A stretch of 58,070 bases of DNA from a virus (Duplodnaviria; Caudoviricetes). Shown here one piece after another: positions 38,283 to 47,369 of the stretch. The stretch spans positions 1 through 58,070 of the IMG/VR virus record IMGVR_UViG_3300048672_000503; one strand, 5' to 3'. The position numbers and the translations under genes were made by a program. The notes under the pieces are model-generated. The model made no database searches. It was given only the letters and a program-made list of their open reading frames with translations, and was not told where the DNA came from. Position 1 is the stretch's first letter, and the number at the start of each line of letters is the position of its first letter.

Positions 38283-39281
38283 TTAAATTAAATCTAACAA
38301 TTTATTTGCTACATTGGTTTTGAAATTAGCGCGGTCACCAAACTGGGCGCGGTCAAACTGTTTACTGCGATCTACACCCTTGCTTGGTGATTCATGATCC
38401 ATATACTGGGTGACTGCATTTACAAGACCCCAGGCAGTGTTTTTCGCGCTTATTAGTTGTGATCCAAGACCTTGGCCATTGTATAAATCCATGATGGCTT
38501 TGAGCTCTTTTGAATTTTCAACCATTTGCATTGGAAGCATTGAGTTACCATCTGCATCAAGCCAATTATTTTTCATTTCAGAAGCAACAATTTGAATGGC
38601 CTCTTCACGATCAAGCTTGATTGTTGTTAAAGTTTGAGCAGATTCGATGAAAGAATCCCAAGCATCAGCTGCCAAACCAAGATCAACTTTAACAGCATCT
38701 GAATTAAATGCTGCCATATGAGGGATTTTGATTTGAGCTCTTTGGCCATTATTGCCAATTGCCATCCTTAAAGTATTGTTACAAACAACTCTAACTGATG
38801 TAAAGTGAGCAGAAGTTGCCATTGAACCATCCATTGAGGTGCCAAGCAACAAGTAAGGCTTAATTTCATCCACACCAGCTATCTTAACAGATTTGCCTGT
38901 TTTGGCTAATGCCCAAAGTTTTTTGCCGCCATATAGGCACCCCGCTGTTTCCATTTGAAAGCCAGCATCTGAAGTCAATGAAGTGAAGAACTCCAGGATT
39001 TCATCAGGCTGAACAATTTTGTATTTTGAAGAAACAATGGAAAGTGGAGCCAATGTATCATTGCGATACAGAACATTTTTTGAATTTTGACGGAATGTCT
39101 TACCACCTGCTTGGAAAATCACTGGGGTGACTTCTGCCATCCAATCCATTCCTGCTTCAACTTTCCATTCATCAATAGTTGATTCAGCAGTCAAAGCCTG
39201 TCCAAGACCATGCCAAGCTTTTTCACCGACATAAGCCATTGCTGCTTGACCGTTTGATTTTGTATCTAATTCATGAGCCAT
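38283..39281 (-). CDS. DUF932-family phage/plasmid protein
   Basis: MAHEL, AWHGLG, ETAG.L.GG, TSVRVVCNNTL, TAWGLVNAVTQY.DH. Confidence 0.9.
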   Translation of the reverse strand: MAHELDTKSNGQAAMAYVGEKAWHGLGQALTAESTIDEWKVEAGMDWMAEVTPVIFQAGGKTFRQNSKNVLYRNDTLAPLSIVSSKYKIVQPDEILEFFTSLTSDAGFQMETAGCLYGGKKLWALAKTGKSVKIAGVDEIKPYLLLGTSMDGSMATSAHFTSVRVVCNNTLRMAIGNNGQRAQIKIPHMAAFNSDAVKVDLGLAADAWDSFIESAQTLTTIKLDREEAIQIVASEMKNNWLDADGNSMLPMQMVENSKELKAIMDLYNGQGLGSQLISAKNTAWGLVNAVTQYMDHESPSKGVDRSKQFDRAQFGDRANFKTNVANKLLDLI

Positions 39282-39285
39282 GATA

Positions 39286-39385
39286 TTCACCTTTATATTA
39301 GTTTTGAGTTTTAGTTTAGTCCGGTAAAAGTTCTTACCTGACTTGAAACAAATTATAATGCTTTTTTACAAAAAGTAAAGTTTTT
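39286..39385 (-). promoter_or_regulatory. Promoter-hairpin-RBS cassette copy 5
   Basis: Differs from copy 4 by one base in the stem. Confidence 0.9.
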
Positions 39386-39395
39386 TTTACTTTAT

Positions 39396-40253
39396 TTATA
39401 CGTTTTCAATTTCACTTTCTATGTTGCCTATTTCTTCAACTTCTTGCTTTGCTGCCTTTTCTTTTCTTGCTTCTGCTTTTGCAGCCGCTTTTGCAGCTCT
39501 TTCATCTGCTTTTGCAGCCGCTTTTGCAGCCTTTTCTTCAACTGTTGCAGGCACTTTGGTTGACTTTTCAACTTCAAAAGTTTCAAAATGATAGACTTTT
39601 TCAGGTTGATCATCGGTTGCTGCAACAACATAGTCCAATGTTTTGGATTCACTTTTATTCAAGTTGCCACGAAAAGCAGGGAATTTTGACATTGGCAAAC
39701 CATAGTTTTCGAATGCTTTGCCAACTGATGAAAATTCAGCAGTTTCATCACCAATTCTTACTTTAGCACCCCATCTTTTTAAACGAGCTGCTCTTGTTTC
39801 TGGAGCAGACCATGTCATTGATAGATTCATTTTCTTTTCTTCATTTGACAATTCAGCTTTTGGAGCCTTTTCAGCTTTTGGAGCCTTTTCAGCTTTTGGA
39901 GCCTTTTCAGCTTTTGGAGCCTTTGGCCTGTCCATTGCAGAGCCGATTAAATCATCTTCAGCATCATCAGCTTTTTCTTTGTCTGTTAATTCTGGTTCTG
40001 GTTCATCACCTGATAATGGCAGATCAACTGATTGCTCAGCAGCATCTTCTTCACCCAGAACTTCATTCAATAAATCAAGTTGGTCTTGTTCTTCTTTGGT
40101 CATTTCATTTTCCTTGGTTTGTCTTGCTTTCAAAACTGATTTTTCACCAGCGGCTCTTGAAGCAAATTTGGTTGTTTGTTTTCTTGTCAGCAAATTGTAT
40201 TCTTCAAGAAGTTCTTTTGTTGACATGGTTGTTATTTCTTTTTGTGTTGACAT
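39396..40253 (-). CDS. Lys/Ala/Glu-rich protein with KAPKAE repeats (possible DNA-binding)
   Basis: Four 18-bp repeats near 39854-39925; histone-H1-like C-terminal KAAAKA. Confidence 0.7.
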   Translation of the reverse strand: MSTQKEITTMSTKELLEEYNLLTRKQTTKFASRAAGEKSVLKARQTKENEMTKEEQDQLDLLNEVLGEEDAAEQSVDLPLSGDEPEPELTDKEKADDAEDDLIGSAMDRPKAPKAEKAPKAEKAPKAEKAPKAELSNEEKKMNLSMTWSAPETRAARLKRWGAKVRIGDETAEFSSVGKAFENYGLPMSKFPAFRGNLNKSESKTLDYVVAATDDQPEKVYHFETFEVEKSTKVPATVEEKAAKAAAKADERAAKAAAKAEARKEKAAKQEVEEIGNIESEIENV

Positions 40254-40264
40254 CACGTTCACCA

Positions 40265-40352
40265 TTAGTTTTGAGTTTTAGTTTAGTCCGGTAAAAAGTT
40301 CTCACCGGATTTGAAACAAATTATAATGCTTTTTTACAAAAAGTAAAGTTTT
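40265..40352 (-). promoter_or_regulatory. Promoter-hairpin-RBS cassette copy 6
   Basis: Same -35/-10, hairpin and AAAACT tract. Confidence 0.85.
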
Positions 40353-40580
40353 TTATTTCATCAAAGTAACATTTTTATTACGATCAATTGAAATTATTTT
40401 ATTTGTGACCATTTTCCCAATTGATGTATCTATCTCAGCTGTAATATTAACAAGCAAAAGTCTACGAATATCACCTATGGTTGCATCACCTTCACGCTCC
40501 AAGATTGCCTTTATGTGGCCTTGCCACTTTAAATAATTGAAATAACTCAATCTGTGCTTATCAGCTGGATCACTTAACAT
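40353..40580 (-). CDS. Small hypothetical protein, possible winged helix
   Basis: 75 aa, helix pattern then terminal beta hairpin. Confidence 0.45.
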   Translation of the reverse strand: MLSDPADKHRLSYFNYLKWQGHIKAILEREGDATIGDIRRLLLVNITAEIDTSIGKMVTNKIISIDRNKNVTLMK

Positions 40581-41484
40581 TGTTCTTCACCATTGTCCTT
40601 TCATAGCTTGATGAATTGATCATCTTTTTGATGATGCTTATGTCTTTCAGCACGTCATCTAGCAGAACTTGGCGCCATGTTGCAAACCTACCAAGTGAGT
40701 AAACATTATGCTCATGTGTTGCTTTGAACATAAATTCTTTACGCCAATGGTCGTCGATTGGTGATATTTTGCCAAATTTCAATTCAGAATTACCCAATGG
40801 TGTTAAATTTGTGACATTGATGTCGAAAGCATCAAACATGTCTTCATCATCTTCATCAAATTTCACATATTCAGCTGTTAAAATGTCTCCAACTATGGAC
40901 GCCCTGTATAATCCATATAGTTCACTTGGGAAATAGATTGTTTGGTGAACATTGCAATCTTGTATTTTCCATCTTTTCACAAAGACTTTGCTTGATGCAA
41001 ATTCAGGAATGTCTGTTATACTCAGCATCCTTGCAAGAACTGGCATCGGTACTGTGCTTATTGTTGGTGAGTCTGACACAATACAATCATTTATATCAAA
41101 CTTTGTTTTCCAAGCTATCCTGCTTGAGCACCGCTCAATGAGTTGTTCATGAAAGTCGATTGGTGCTATCCAGCGTTTGCAAGTGTCTATGTTCCAGATG
41201 CTTCTGTCTTGAATTGCTCCAATGACTTTCTGGCTGTATTCATTACAAATTTTTGGATTTGGTGTGTGGAATCTGCCATCCTTATATATGGCTTTGTGAA
41301 CCATAACTTCTTTAAAATCAATTCCAACGGCATCACCAACACCAGGTGATCGAAAGCGCAGCAATGCTTCATGCTTATTAAATTGATCTTTGCTTTGTGC
41401 TTCTATGATAACACTATCTTGGAAGTGCGTGCTAGCTGCCAATAGACCTGCCATGCCAGCCCCAACTATCAATGTTTTTTTCAT
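40570..41484 (-). CDS. FAD-dependent oxidoreductase, UDP-galactopyranose mutase-like
   Basis: IVGAGMAGL Rossmann motif, ISTVP, C-terminal SLGRFATWR. Confidence 0.7.
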   Translation of the reverse strand: MKKTLIVGAGMAGLLAASTHFQDSVIIEAQSKDQFNKHEALLRFRSPGVGDAVGIDFKEVMVHKAIYKDGRFHTPNPKICNEYSQKVIGAIQDRSIWNIDTCKRWIAPIDFHEQLIERCSSRIAWKTKFDINDCIVSDSPTISTVPMPVLARMLSITDIPEFASSKVFVKRWKIQDCNVHQTIYFPSELYGLYRASIVGDILTAEYVKFDEDDEDMFDAFDINVTNLTPLGNSELKFGKISPIDDHWRKEFMFKATHEHNVYSLGRFATWRQVLLDDVLKDISIIKKMINSSSYERTMVKNNVK

Positions 41485-41659
41485 CTTTATGGCCTTTTTT
41501 TAGTTTTTAGTTATTGAGACCATATTATAATGTTTTTTACCCATCCTGGCTATTTTTTTTAAAATAAATAAGAAATAACTTCCTTTTCTGCTGAAAATAA
41601 TTATAATTGTCCCACGTCCTAAAGCCAGGATGGAAAACTAACAACTAAAAGAGATCAAT
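41485..41659. promoter_or_regulatory. Divergent promoter region
   Basis: TATAAT on each strand; CCATCCTGGCT 41541-41551 and its inverse 41623-41633. Confidence 0.7.
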
Positions 41660-41995
41660 ATGAAAAAAATATTTATTACACAAATACCGCATCGAACTGA
41701 TGCTAAAACAGGTGCATTTGTTCCATCAGTTAACATAAACACAGCATCTGAACACGGTGAGTTGATAGTCATAGCACCTCCACGTGGTGGATTTTATGAT
41801 GCCAATGCATTGAAGGATTTGATATCAGAATCATTAATGAATTTCAATAATGATTCTGATTGCCTGTTGCCACTGGGTGACCCGACACTATGTTCTGCTG
41901 CTGCTGCTTTTCTTGGACGTCGCTTTGATTATTTTGATGTGTTGCGTTGGGATAAGACTCTTGGCCGTTACACTAAAAACAGAGTGGTGATTTAA
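41660..41995 (+). CDS. Hypothetical protein (A..HGEL, LLPLGDP, LRWD motifs)
   Basis: First gene of rightward operon. Confidence 0.7.
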   Translation: MKKIFITQIPHRTDAKTGAFVPSVNINTASEHGELIVIAPPRGGFYDANALKDLISESLMNFNNDSDCLLPLGDPTLCSAAAAFLGRRFDYFDVLRWDKTLGRYTKNRVVI

Positions 41996-41997
41996 CT

Positions 41998-42714
41998 ATG
42001 AAAACAAAATTGATTAAATTTACAATTGGTGGTAGCCATAAATTGAGTTGTGCTTGCTCTGACCTCAGAGGTGATTGCTCTAATCTCATAGGTGATTGCT
42101 CTTATCTCAGAGGTGATTGCTCTGACCTCAGAGGTGATTGCTCTTATCTCAGAGGTAATTGCTCTGGTCTGAGAGGTGATTGCTCTGACCTCAGAGGTGA
42201 TTGCTCTGACCTCAGAGGTGATTGCTCTGGTATCATAGGTGATTGCTCTGACCTCAGAGGTGATTGCTCTGACCTCAGAGGCAATTGCTCTTATCTCAGA
42301 GGTGATTGCTCTGACCTCAGAGGTGATTGCTCTAATCTCAGAGGTGATTGCTCTTATCTCAGAGGTAATTGCTCTGGTCTGAGAGGTGATTGCTCTGACC
42401 TCAGAGGTGATTGCTCTTATCTCAGAGGTAATTGCTCTGGTCTGAGAGGTGATTGCTCTGACCTCAGAGGTGATTGCTCTGGTATCATAGGTGATTGCTC
42501 TGACCTCAGAGGTGATTGCTCTAATCTCATAGGTGATTGCTCTGGCCTCAGAGGTGATTGCTCTGGTCTGAGGGGTAATTGCTCTGGTCTGAGAGGTGAT
42601 TGCTCTGGTATCATAGGTGATTGCTCTGACCTCAGAGGTGATTTTGATTTGTGTGACATTTCAGATAGTGAAAGAGAAAATGGCATCAACATAATTGATT
42701 TGATAGAGATATAA
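41998..42714 (+). CDS. Heptapeptide-repeat protein (CSDLRGD)x28
   Basis: 21-bp tandem repeat in frame. Confidence 0.85.
   Translation: MKTKLIKFTIGGSHKLSCACSDLRGDCSNLIGDCSYLRGDCSDLRGDCSYLRGNCSGLRGDCSDLRGDCSDLRGDCSGIIGDCSDLRGDCSDLRGNCSYLRGDCSDLRGDCSNLRGDCSYLRGNCSGLRGDCSDLRGDCSYLRGNCSGLRGDCSDLRGDCSGIIGDCSDLRGDCSNLIGDCSGLRGDCSGLRGNCSGLRGDCSGIIGDCSDLRGDFDLCDISDSERENGINIIDLIEI
42055..42642 (+). repeat. 21-bp tandem repeat, 28 units
   Basis: Consensus TGCTCTGACCTCAGAGGTGAT; 588 bp. Confidence 0.95.
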
Positions 42715-42715
42715 T

Positions 42716-43222
42716 ATGTCATATTCTATAGAAGACATTACAAAGCTAGCCAATGCGATGGTTGATGCTGAGCAAGATGTAAAAGATGCTGAGCTTAGGC
42801 TTGAAAGAACCAAAGAAAGACTCAGAAAAATAAGAGAGGATACAATACCAGGTGTTATGCAAGAGCTTGGCTTGTCTGAATTAAGGCTTGCAACTGGTGA
42901 AAAATTGAGCATCAAACAAGATGTTTATTCACAACTTGCAAATGAAAATAAGGGTGCAGCCTATAATTGGTTGGAAGAAAATGGCTTTGGTGGTTTGATA
43001 AAGGTCAATGTTGTTGTTGATTTTGGCAAAGGTGAGTTGGAAAGAGCAAAAAAGTTGCAATCTTTACTTGCTGAAAAAGGCTTGTCAGTTACCATCGGTG
43101 AATCAGTACATTGGCAAACGATGAAGGCATTTTTAAATGAACAGATCAAGAAAGAAGCTGACATACCACTTGATTTGTTTGGTGCTACGCCTATCTTTGT
43201 GGCGAAAATAACAAAGAAATAA
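42716..43222 (+). CDS. Conserved-type phage replication-region protein (coiled-coil N-terminus)
   Basis: IP..MQELG, A.NWLEENG.G.LIK, VH.QT.KAF motifs. Confidence 0.7.
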   Translation: MSYSIEDITKLANAMVDAEQDVKDAELRLERTKERLRKIREDTIPGVMQELGLSELRLATGEKLSIKQDVYSQLANENKGAAYNWLEENGFGGLIKVNVVVDFGKGELERAKKLQSLLAEKGLSVTIGESVHWQTMKAFLNEQIKKEADIPLDLFGATPIFVAKITKK

Positions 43223-43258
43223 AACTTAAAACTTAAAACTTAAATAAAAGAGAATATC

Positions 43259-44101
43259 ATGTCTAAAAATACTGAAGAAAAAAACATTGCTGTTGTTGAA
43301 GAAAACTTGCCTGTTGCTCAAGCAATTGGTGCAATGGATTTTGAAGAAGATGCTGGCGCTGGTATTGAAGGTGCTGACAGTAAATCATTTGCCATCCCAT
43401 TCTTGTCATTGCTACAAGGCTTGTCTCCACAAATTGAAACCGTTGACGGTGCTAAGCCTGGTCTGTATATCAATACCATCACCAATGAGCTGTATGCAAA
43501 AGCGCGGGTCATCCCATGTGCCTTCCAACGACGTTTTTTACGCTGGGCACCCCGCTCCAAAGGTGGTGGCTTCAAAGGTGAATACAATCCTATTGATGTT
43601 GAAACAAACAATGTTCCTGGTATGGTCAATGTGGGTGGTCAATATTATGTGGATGTTCCTGAAGGCACGACAGTGTTCCTTGATTCTGACGGCCATCCGC
43701 TTTTTGACCGTTTGTCAGACACCCGAAATCACTATGTTCTGGTTGAATCAGCAGAAGGTTCTTGGCAACCTGCATTAATATCAATGGCAAGTACCCAAAT
43801 TGGCGCATCTAAAAAGTGGATTAGTCGTATACAAGGGATCGAAATGCGAAACAAAGCAGGAAAAGCATTCAACCCGCCATCATTCAGCCATATCTATTCA
43901 TTGACATCTGAAAAGAAAGAAAATGCCAAGGGGAAATGGAATGGTGTTGTTGTCGGTTTTGAAGGCCAAGTCACTGATGCTGAAGTTTATGCAAAAGCAA
44001 AGGCTTTCCATGCTGCTGTATCTGCTGGTGAAATTGAAGTTTCACAACCTGTTGATGATGTGCCTGCTGGTGACAGCAGCTCTGATGTCAATGCGTTCTA
44101 A
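43259..44101 (+). CDS. Putative single-stranded DNA-binding protein
   Basis: IPFL.LLQ.LSPQ, ALISM.STQ..SKKW, acidic tail ending in F. Confidence 0.6.
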   Translation: MSKNTEEKNIAVVEENLPVAQAIGAMDFEEDAGAGIEGADSKSFAIPFLSLLQGLSPQIETVDGAKPGLYINTITNELYAKARVIPCAFQRRFLRWAPRSKGGGFKGEYNPIDVETNNVPGMVNVGGQYYVDVPEGTTVFLDSDGHPLFDRLSDTRNHYVLVESAEGSWQPALISMASTQIGASKKWISRIQGIEMRNKAGKAFNPPSFSHIYSLTSEKKENAKGKWNGVVVGFEGQVTDAEVYAKAKAFHAAVSAGEIEVSQPVDDVPAGDSSSDVNAF

Positions 44102-44143
44102 AACATATTAAATTCAAAAATTAGCATAGCAAGACACAACGAT

Positions 44144-44182
44144 AATTGCCATGGTCTACTATCCGTATAGACCATGGCAATT
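44144..44182 (+). terminator. 15-bp hairpin after SSB-like gene
   Basis: AATTGCCATGGTCTA / TAGACCATGGCAATT. Confidence 0.65.
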
Positions 44183-44206
44183 CTAAGCTAAAACAAGGAT
44201 TTTAAT

Positions 44207-44479
44207 ATGCAGTCAATAATTTATACATACAAAAATAAAGTCGGTGGCAACAGCTCTGAAATTTTAAAATTCATTGGCAATCAACCACCCTGTCCTATTT
44301 GCAATGATTATGGTGAATATGAAGACAATGGCCCAAAAGGATGTTCGCTTTGCAATTCAAGATTAATTCAATTTGTAAATAAAAGTGGCAATCGAGTCAT
44401 GGCAGACTATGGCGATACAATAGTAAAATATGATGATGGAACATTAGATTTGATTCAAGGTGATGATTATGAACTATAA
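44207..44479 (+). CDS. Small zinc-binding hypothetical protein
   Basis: CPIC and CSLC. Confidence 0.6.
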   Translation: MQSIIYTYKNKVGGNSSEILKFIGNQPPCPICNDYGEYEDNGPKGCSLCNSRLIQFVNKSGNRVMADYGDTIVKYDDGTLDLIQGDDYEL

Positions 44480-44829
44480 AAAGATTCATAATAAAATCAT
44501 CTCAAAAGCAAAAAGCAGGGAAAAGAAAATTGGCTGTTTTGATTCATCAGTTTTCCAAGCACACCACATAAAGCCAAAGAGCATAACAGGCGATGCCAAG
44601 TGGAGTGGTGAAAAAGTCCATCTTACTCCAAAAGAACATTATGTTATCCATCAACTTCTTCTAAAAATTCATAAAAAAACACCCAAACTTGGTGTTTGCA
44701 TTGCACCGAATGGCTCATCACCCTGATGCGCACAAATACGGAATCAAATATCATTCCTGGATAAGACAGAAAGCCAGAAAGCAAATTCAATCAAATAATA
44801 AAATTCCAAGAAGGAAAACAAATGAATAA
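44469..44829 (+). pseudogene. HNH endonuclease-like gene frameshifted at an A7 run
   Basis: MNYKKIH..HHIKPKS..LTPKEH..H.LL.KIH; removing one A from 44673-44679 continues as HPNLVFALHRM..YHSWIR to TAA 44827-44829. Confidence 0.65.
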
Positions 44830-45151
44830 TCAGTTTAAAACTATCATGCTTTTAACAGCATTAGCATTAAGTTCATCATCACAAGCGGATGGTGTTGATG
44901 ACCCAAACTTTTACAAGGATTTTGAAAACAATCCATGTTCATATGACCTGGGCGCACCATGTTCAGATGATTATTTAAGAAAACACCAACAGCAGCTTCC
45001 AAAAAAGGCAACACTGGAAAATCCAGAGTATTTTGCTTGTCCTTGTAAACAAGAGCACAAAACAGCTAATGTACCAGAACCAAAACCATTTTTCACACTG
45101 GCAATTGGTTTGGCATTAATATTCATAGCCAGAACTAAGCTGAGAAGATGA
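44822..45151 (+). CDS. Secreted protein with PEP-CTERM sorting signal
   Basis: Signal peptide ending SQA; C-terminal VPEP + hydrophobic helix + RTKLRR. Confidence 0.85.
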   Translation: MNNQFKTIMLLTALALSSSSQADGVDDPNFYKDFENNPCSYDLGAPCSDDYLRKHQQQLPKKATLENPEYFACPCKQEHKTANVPEPKPFFTLAIGLALIFIARTKLRR

Positions 45152-45152
45152 T

Positions 45153-47369
45153 ATGAAAAACAGTGAAATGCTTGTTTGGGCAAAAGAATATGCTTCAAGA
45201 GGTTGGTGGGTGTTTCCATTGCACTCTATTGACTCAGATGGAAATTGCACTTGTGGAAAGTGCGGCAGCGAGGGTGATGCTGGTAAGCACCCCGCGATTG
45301 ATAGGGGTTTGAAAAGAGCAAGCCGCGATTTGTCTATTCTTGAATCATGGTGGAATGATAACTCACCATTGCGCAATATTGGTTTGGTCACAGGAGAAAT
45401 AAGTGGCATCACAGTAATTGACATTGATGTAGGTGTTGGAAAGCTTGGTGCTGAGACCTGGGCTGATTTGATACGTGAACACGGTGAGCCGGAAACACTG
45501 ATGGCTGAAACAGGATCAGGTGGAATGCATGTTGTCTTTAAGTATGGATCAAGCCTAAAAACGTCCTCAAATACATTGGGAAAAGGTGTTGATTGCAGAA
45601 ATGATAATGGATACATTGTTGCCACGCCTAGTTTGCACAGATCAGGCGGCTCATACTCTTGGTTGAACTGGGGTGATAGTGTTGAATTGGCTTATTTACC
45701 AGCTCATTTAAGCAAAAAAGTTGAAAATCGTGGCAGACCACGCGGTGATGGTAAAGGCTCAAGTGAAAAAAGAAAAAAATATTCACTTGAGCAAGTTGAA
45801 GCAATGCTTGAGGTTGTTGATAGTCGTGATCGTGATCTTTGGAGGCTTGTTGGTATCATACTTGGTCGTGAATTCAAACAGTCAGATGCTGCTTGGGATT
45901 TGTACAATCGGTGGGCTGATAAGGCAGGTGTAAAAAAAGGCAGGAATCATGATGAAATAATGAATGAAGCCTTTTATATCATCTCAGGACAAAATGCTGA
46001 AAGAGAACTTTCAATTGGCACAATAGTTAAATTGGCAGTTTCTAACGGATGGGCACCACAAAAGGGTGAGGTGCCCATTGAAAATTTTGTGTATTTTGGG
46101 CCTGGCAACAACTTCATTTATCGTCCAACAATATCCTATTGGATTGCCAGTGCGGTTGATGCCGCTGTATCGCCTATCAATACTGATGGCAAAATAACCA
46201 GCGCAAGCGAATGGCTCAAACAAAATCAACTGGCAACATCACTGACATCGGATCCATCACAAGACAGTGATTATTTGAAAGGCTATGATTGCCAGAAGGG
46301 TGAAATAATCGAATCAACAGGAGCTGCGATGTACAATACATATCGAAAGCCAAACATCCATCTAGGTGATCATAGACTTGCTCAGCCATTTGTGTCTCAT
46401 GTTGAAAAAGTATTCAGCAAACCAGGTGATGCAAAGCAATTCTTGGATTATATGGCTCATAGAGTTCAGAAACCATGGGAAAAGCCACGATTTGCTTTAA
46501 TGATAGCAGGTGGCCAAGGTGTAGGCAAAGATACAGCCATTGAGATGTGTGTCCCTGCTATTGGTTCATGGAATGTCGCCAACATTGATCCATCTGCTTT
46601 TGAATCTAGTTTCAATGAGTTTGCAGCAGCCACCTTGGTGCGTATAAGTGAAGCAGCAAATTTACATGAAATGAGTAAATGGGCCTTTAATGAACGCACC
46701 AAGGTTTTGATTGCTGGCACGCCTGACATTATGGATATCAATCCAAAATATGGGCAAAAGTTTGTTGTCAAAATGTACTGTGGCGTTATCATAACAACAA
46801 ACCACCTGGTTTCAGGCATTTACATTCCATCTGACGATAGACGTTATGATGTTATTGAGTCAGCCACTATCCAAGAAATGGGTTTGACTGATGAAGATGA
46901 AAAGGCAGCTTATTTTACTGATCTTTGGGAGTGGTTTTTCACTGGCGGGATGAATCATATCGCAGCCTATTTGCATGAACGTGATGTTTCTGGATTCAGC
47001 GCTAACAATGGTCAACGCAAGACTGATGCTCATAAGATGGTTGTTGCTGGATCCATGGCTAGTGATCAATGGTTGATGGATGCTATTGAACATTTTGGTG
47101 AAAATGATCTTATCAGAAGTGATTGGCTATTGACAAAAGTTTGTGAAGATGGCAGCAAGGTTGAAGCAATGAAGCCAAGATTGAATGCAGCTATTTCAAG
47201 ATTAGGCTATGTCATTTATCGCAATCCAGATCGCAAAGATGGCAGGTGGAGACTTGAAGCAAAGAATGTAACAATATTTGCCAAGTCTGGAACACCTATG
47301 GTTGATTGTTTGGATGGCAGCAATAGAAATGCAATGTTGCCTGATTATATCCGAATGGAGAAATTTTGA
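45153..47369 (+). CDS. Primase-polymerase / PriCT / P-loop helicase fusion
   Basis: GW.VFPL, GKHP, NIGLVTG, VIDID, TGSGG.H, GVD.R..GYIV.PS; Walker A GGQGVGKD; DRRY. Confidence 0.92.
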   Translation: MKNSEMLVWAKEYASRGWWVFPLHSIDSDGNCTCGKCGSEGDAGKHPAIDRGLKRASRDLSILESWWNDNSPLRNIGLVTGEISGITVIDIDVGVGKLGAETWADLIREHGEPETLMAETGSGGMHVVFKYGSSLKTSSNTLGKGVDCRNDNGYIVATPSLHRSGGSYSWLNWGDSVELAYLPAHLSKKVENRGRPRGDGKGSSEKRKKYSLEQVEAMLEVVDSRDRDLWRLVGIILGREFKQSDAAWDLYNRWADKAGVKKGRNHDEIMNEAFYIISGQNAERELSIGTIVKLAVSNGWAPQKGEVPIENFVYFGPGNNFIYRPTISYWIASAVDAAVSPINTDGKITSASEWLKQNQLATSLTSDPSQDSDYLKGYDCQKGEIIESTGAAMYNTYRKPNIHLGDHRLAQPFVSHVEKVFSKPGDAKQFLDYMAHRVQKPWEKPRFALMIAGGQGVGKDTAIEMCVPAIGSWNVANIDPSAFESSFNEFAAATLVRISEAANLHEMSKWAFNERTKVLIAGTPDIMDINPKYGQKFVVKMYCGVIITTNHLVSGIYIPSDDRRYDVIESATIQEMGLTDEDEKAAYFTDLWEWFFTGGMNHIAAYLHERDVSGFSANNGQRKTDAHKMVVAGSMASDQWLMDAIEHFGENDLIRSDWLLTKVCEDGSKVEAMKPRLNAAISRLGYVIYRNPDRKDGRWRLEAKNVTIFAKSGTPMVDCLDGSNRNAMLPDYIRMEKF

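Noticed and set aside
39449-40294. Long + strand ORFs opposite the KAPKAE gene, and similar antisense ORFs elsewhere
   Set aside because: Shadows of repetitive or biased coding on the other strand, with no RBS or motifs
42055-42642. CRISPR array or DGR template
   Set aside because: Units are contiguous with no unique spacers, stay in frame within an ORF, and no cas or reverse transcriptase gene is present
41998-42714. RGD integrin-binding function
   Set aside because: No signal peptide or virion context; RGD is interchangeable with IGD/RGN, so it is probably a by-product of the repeat
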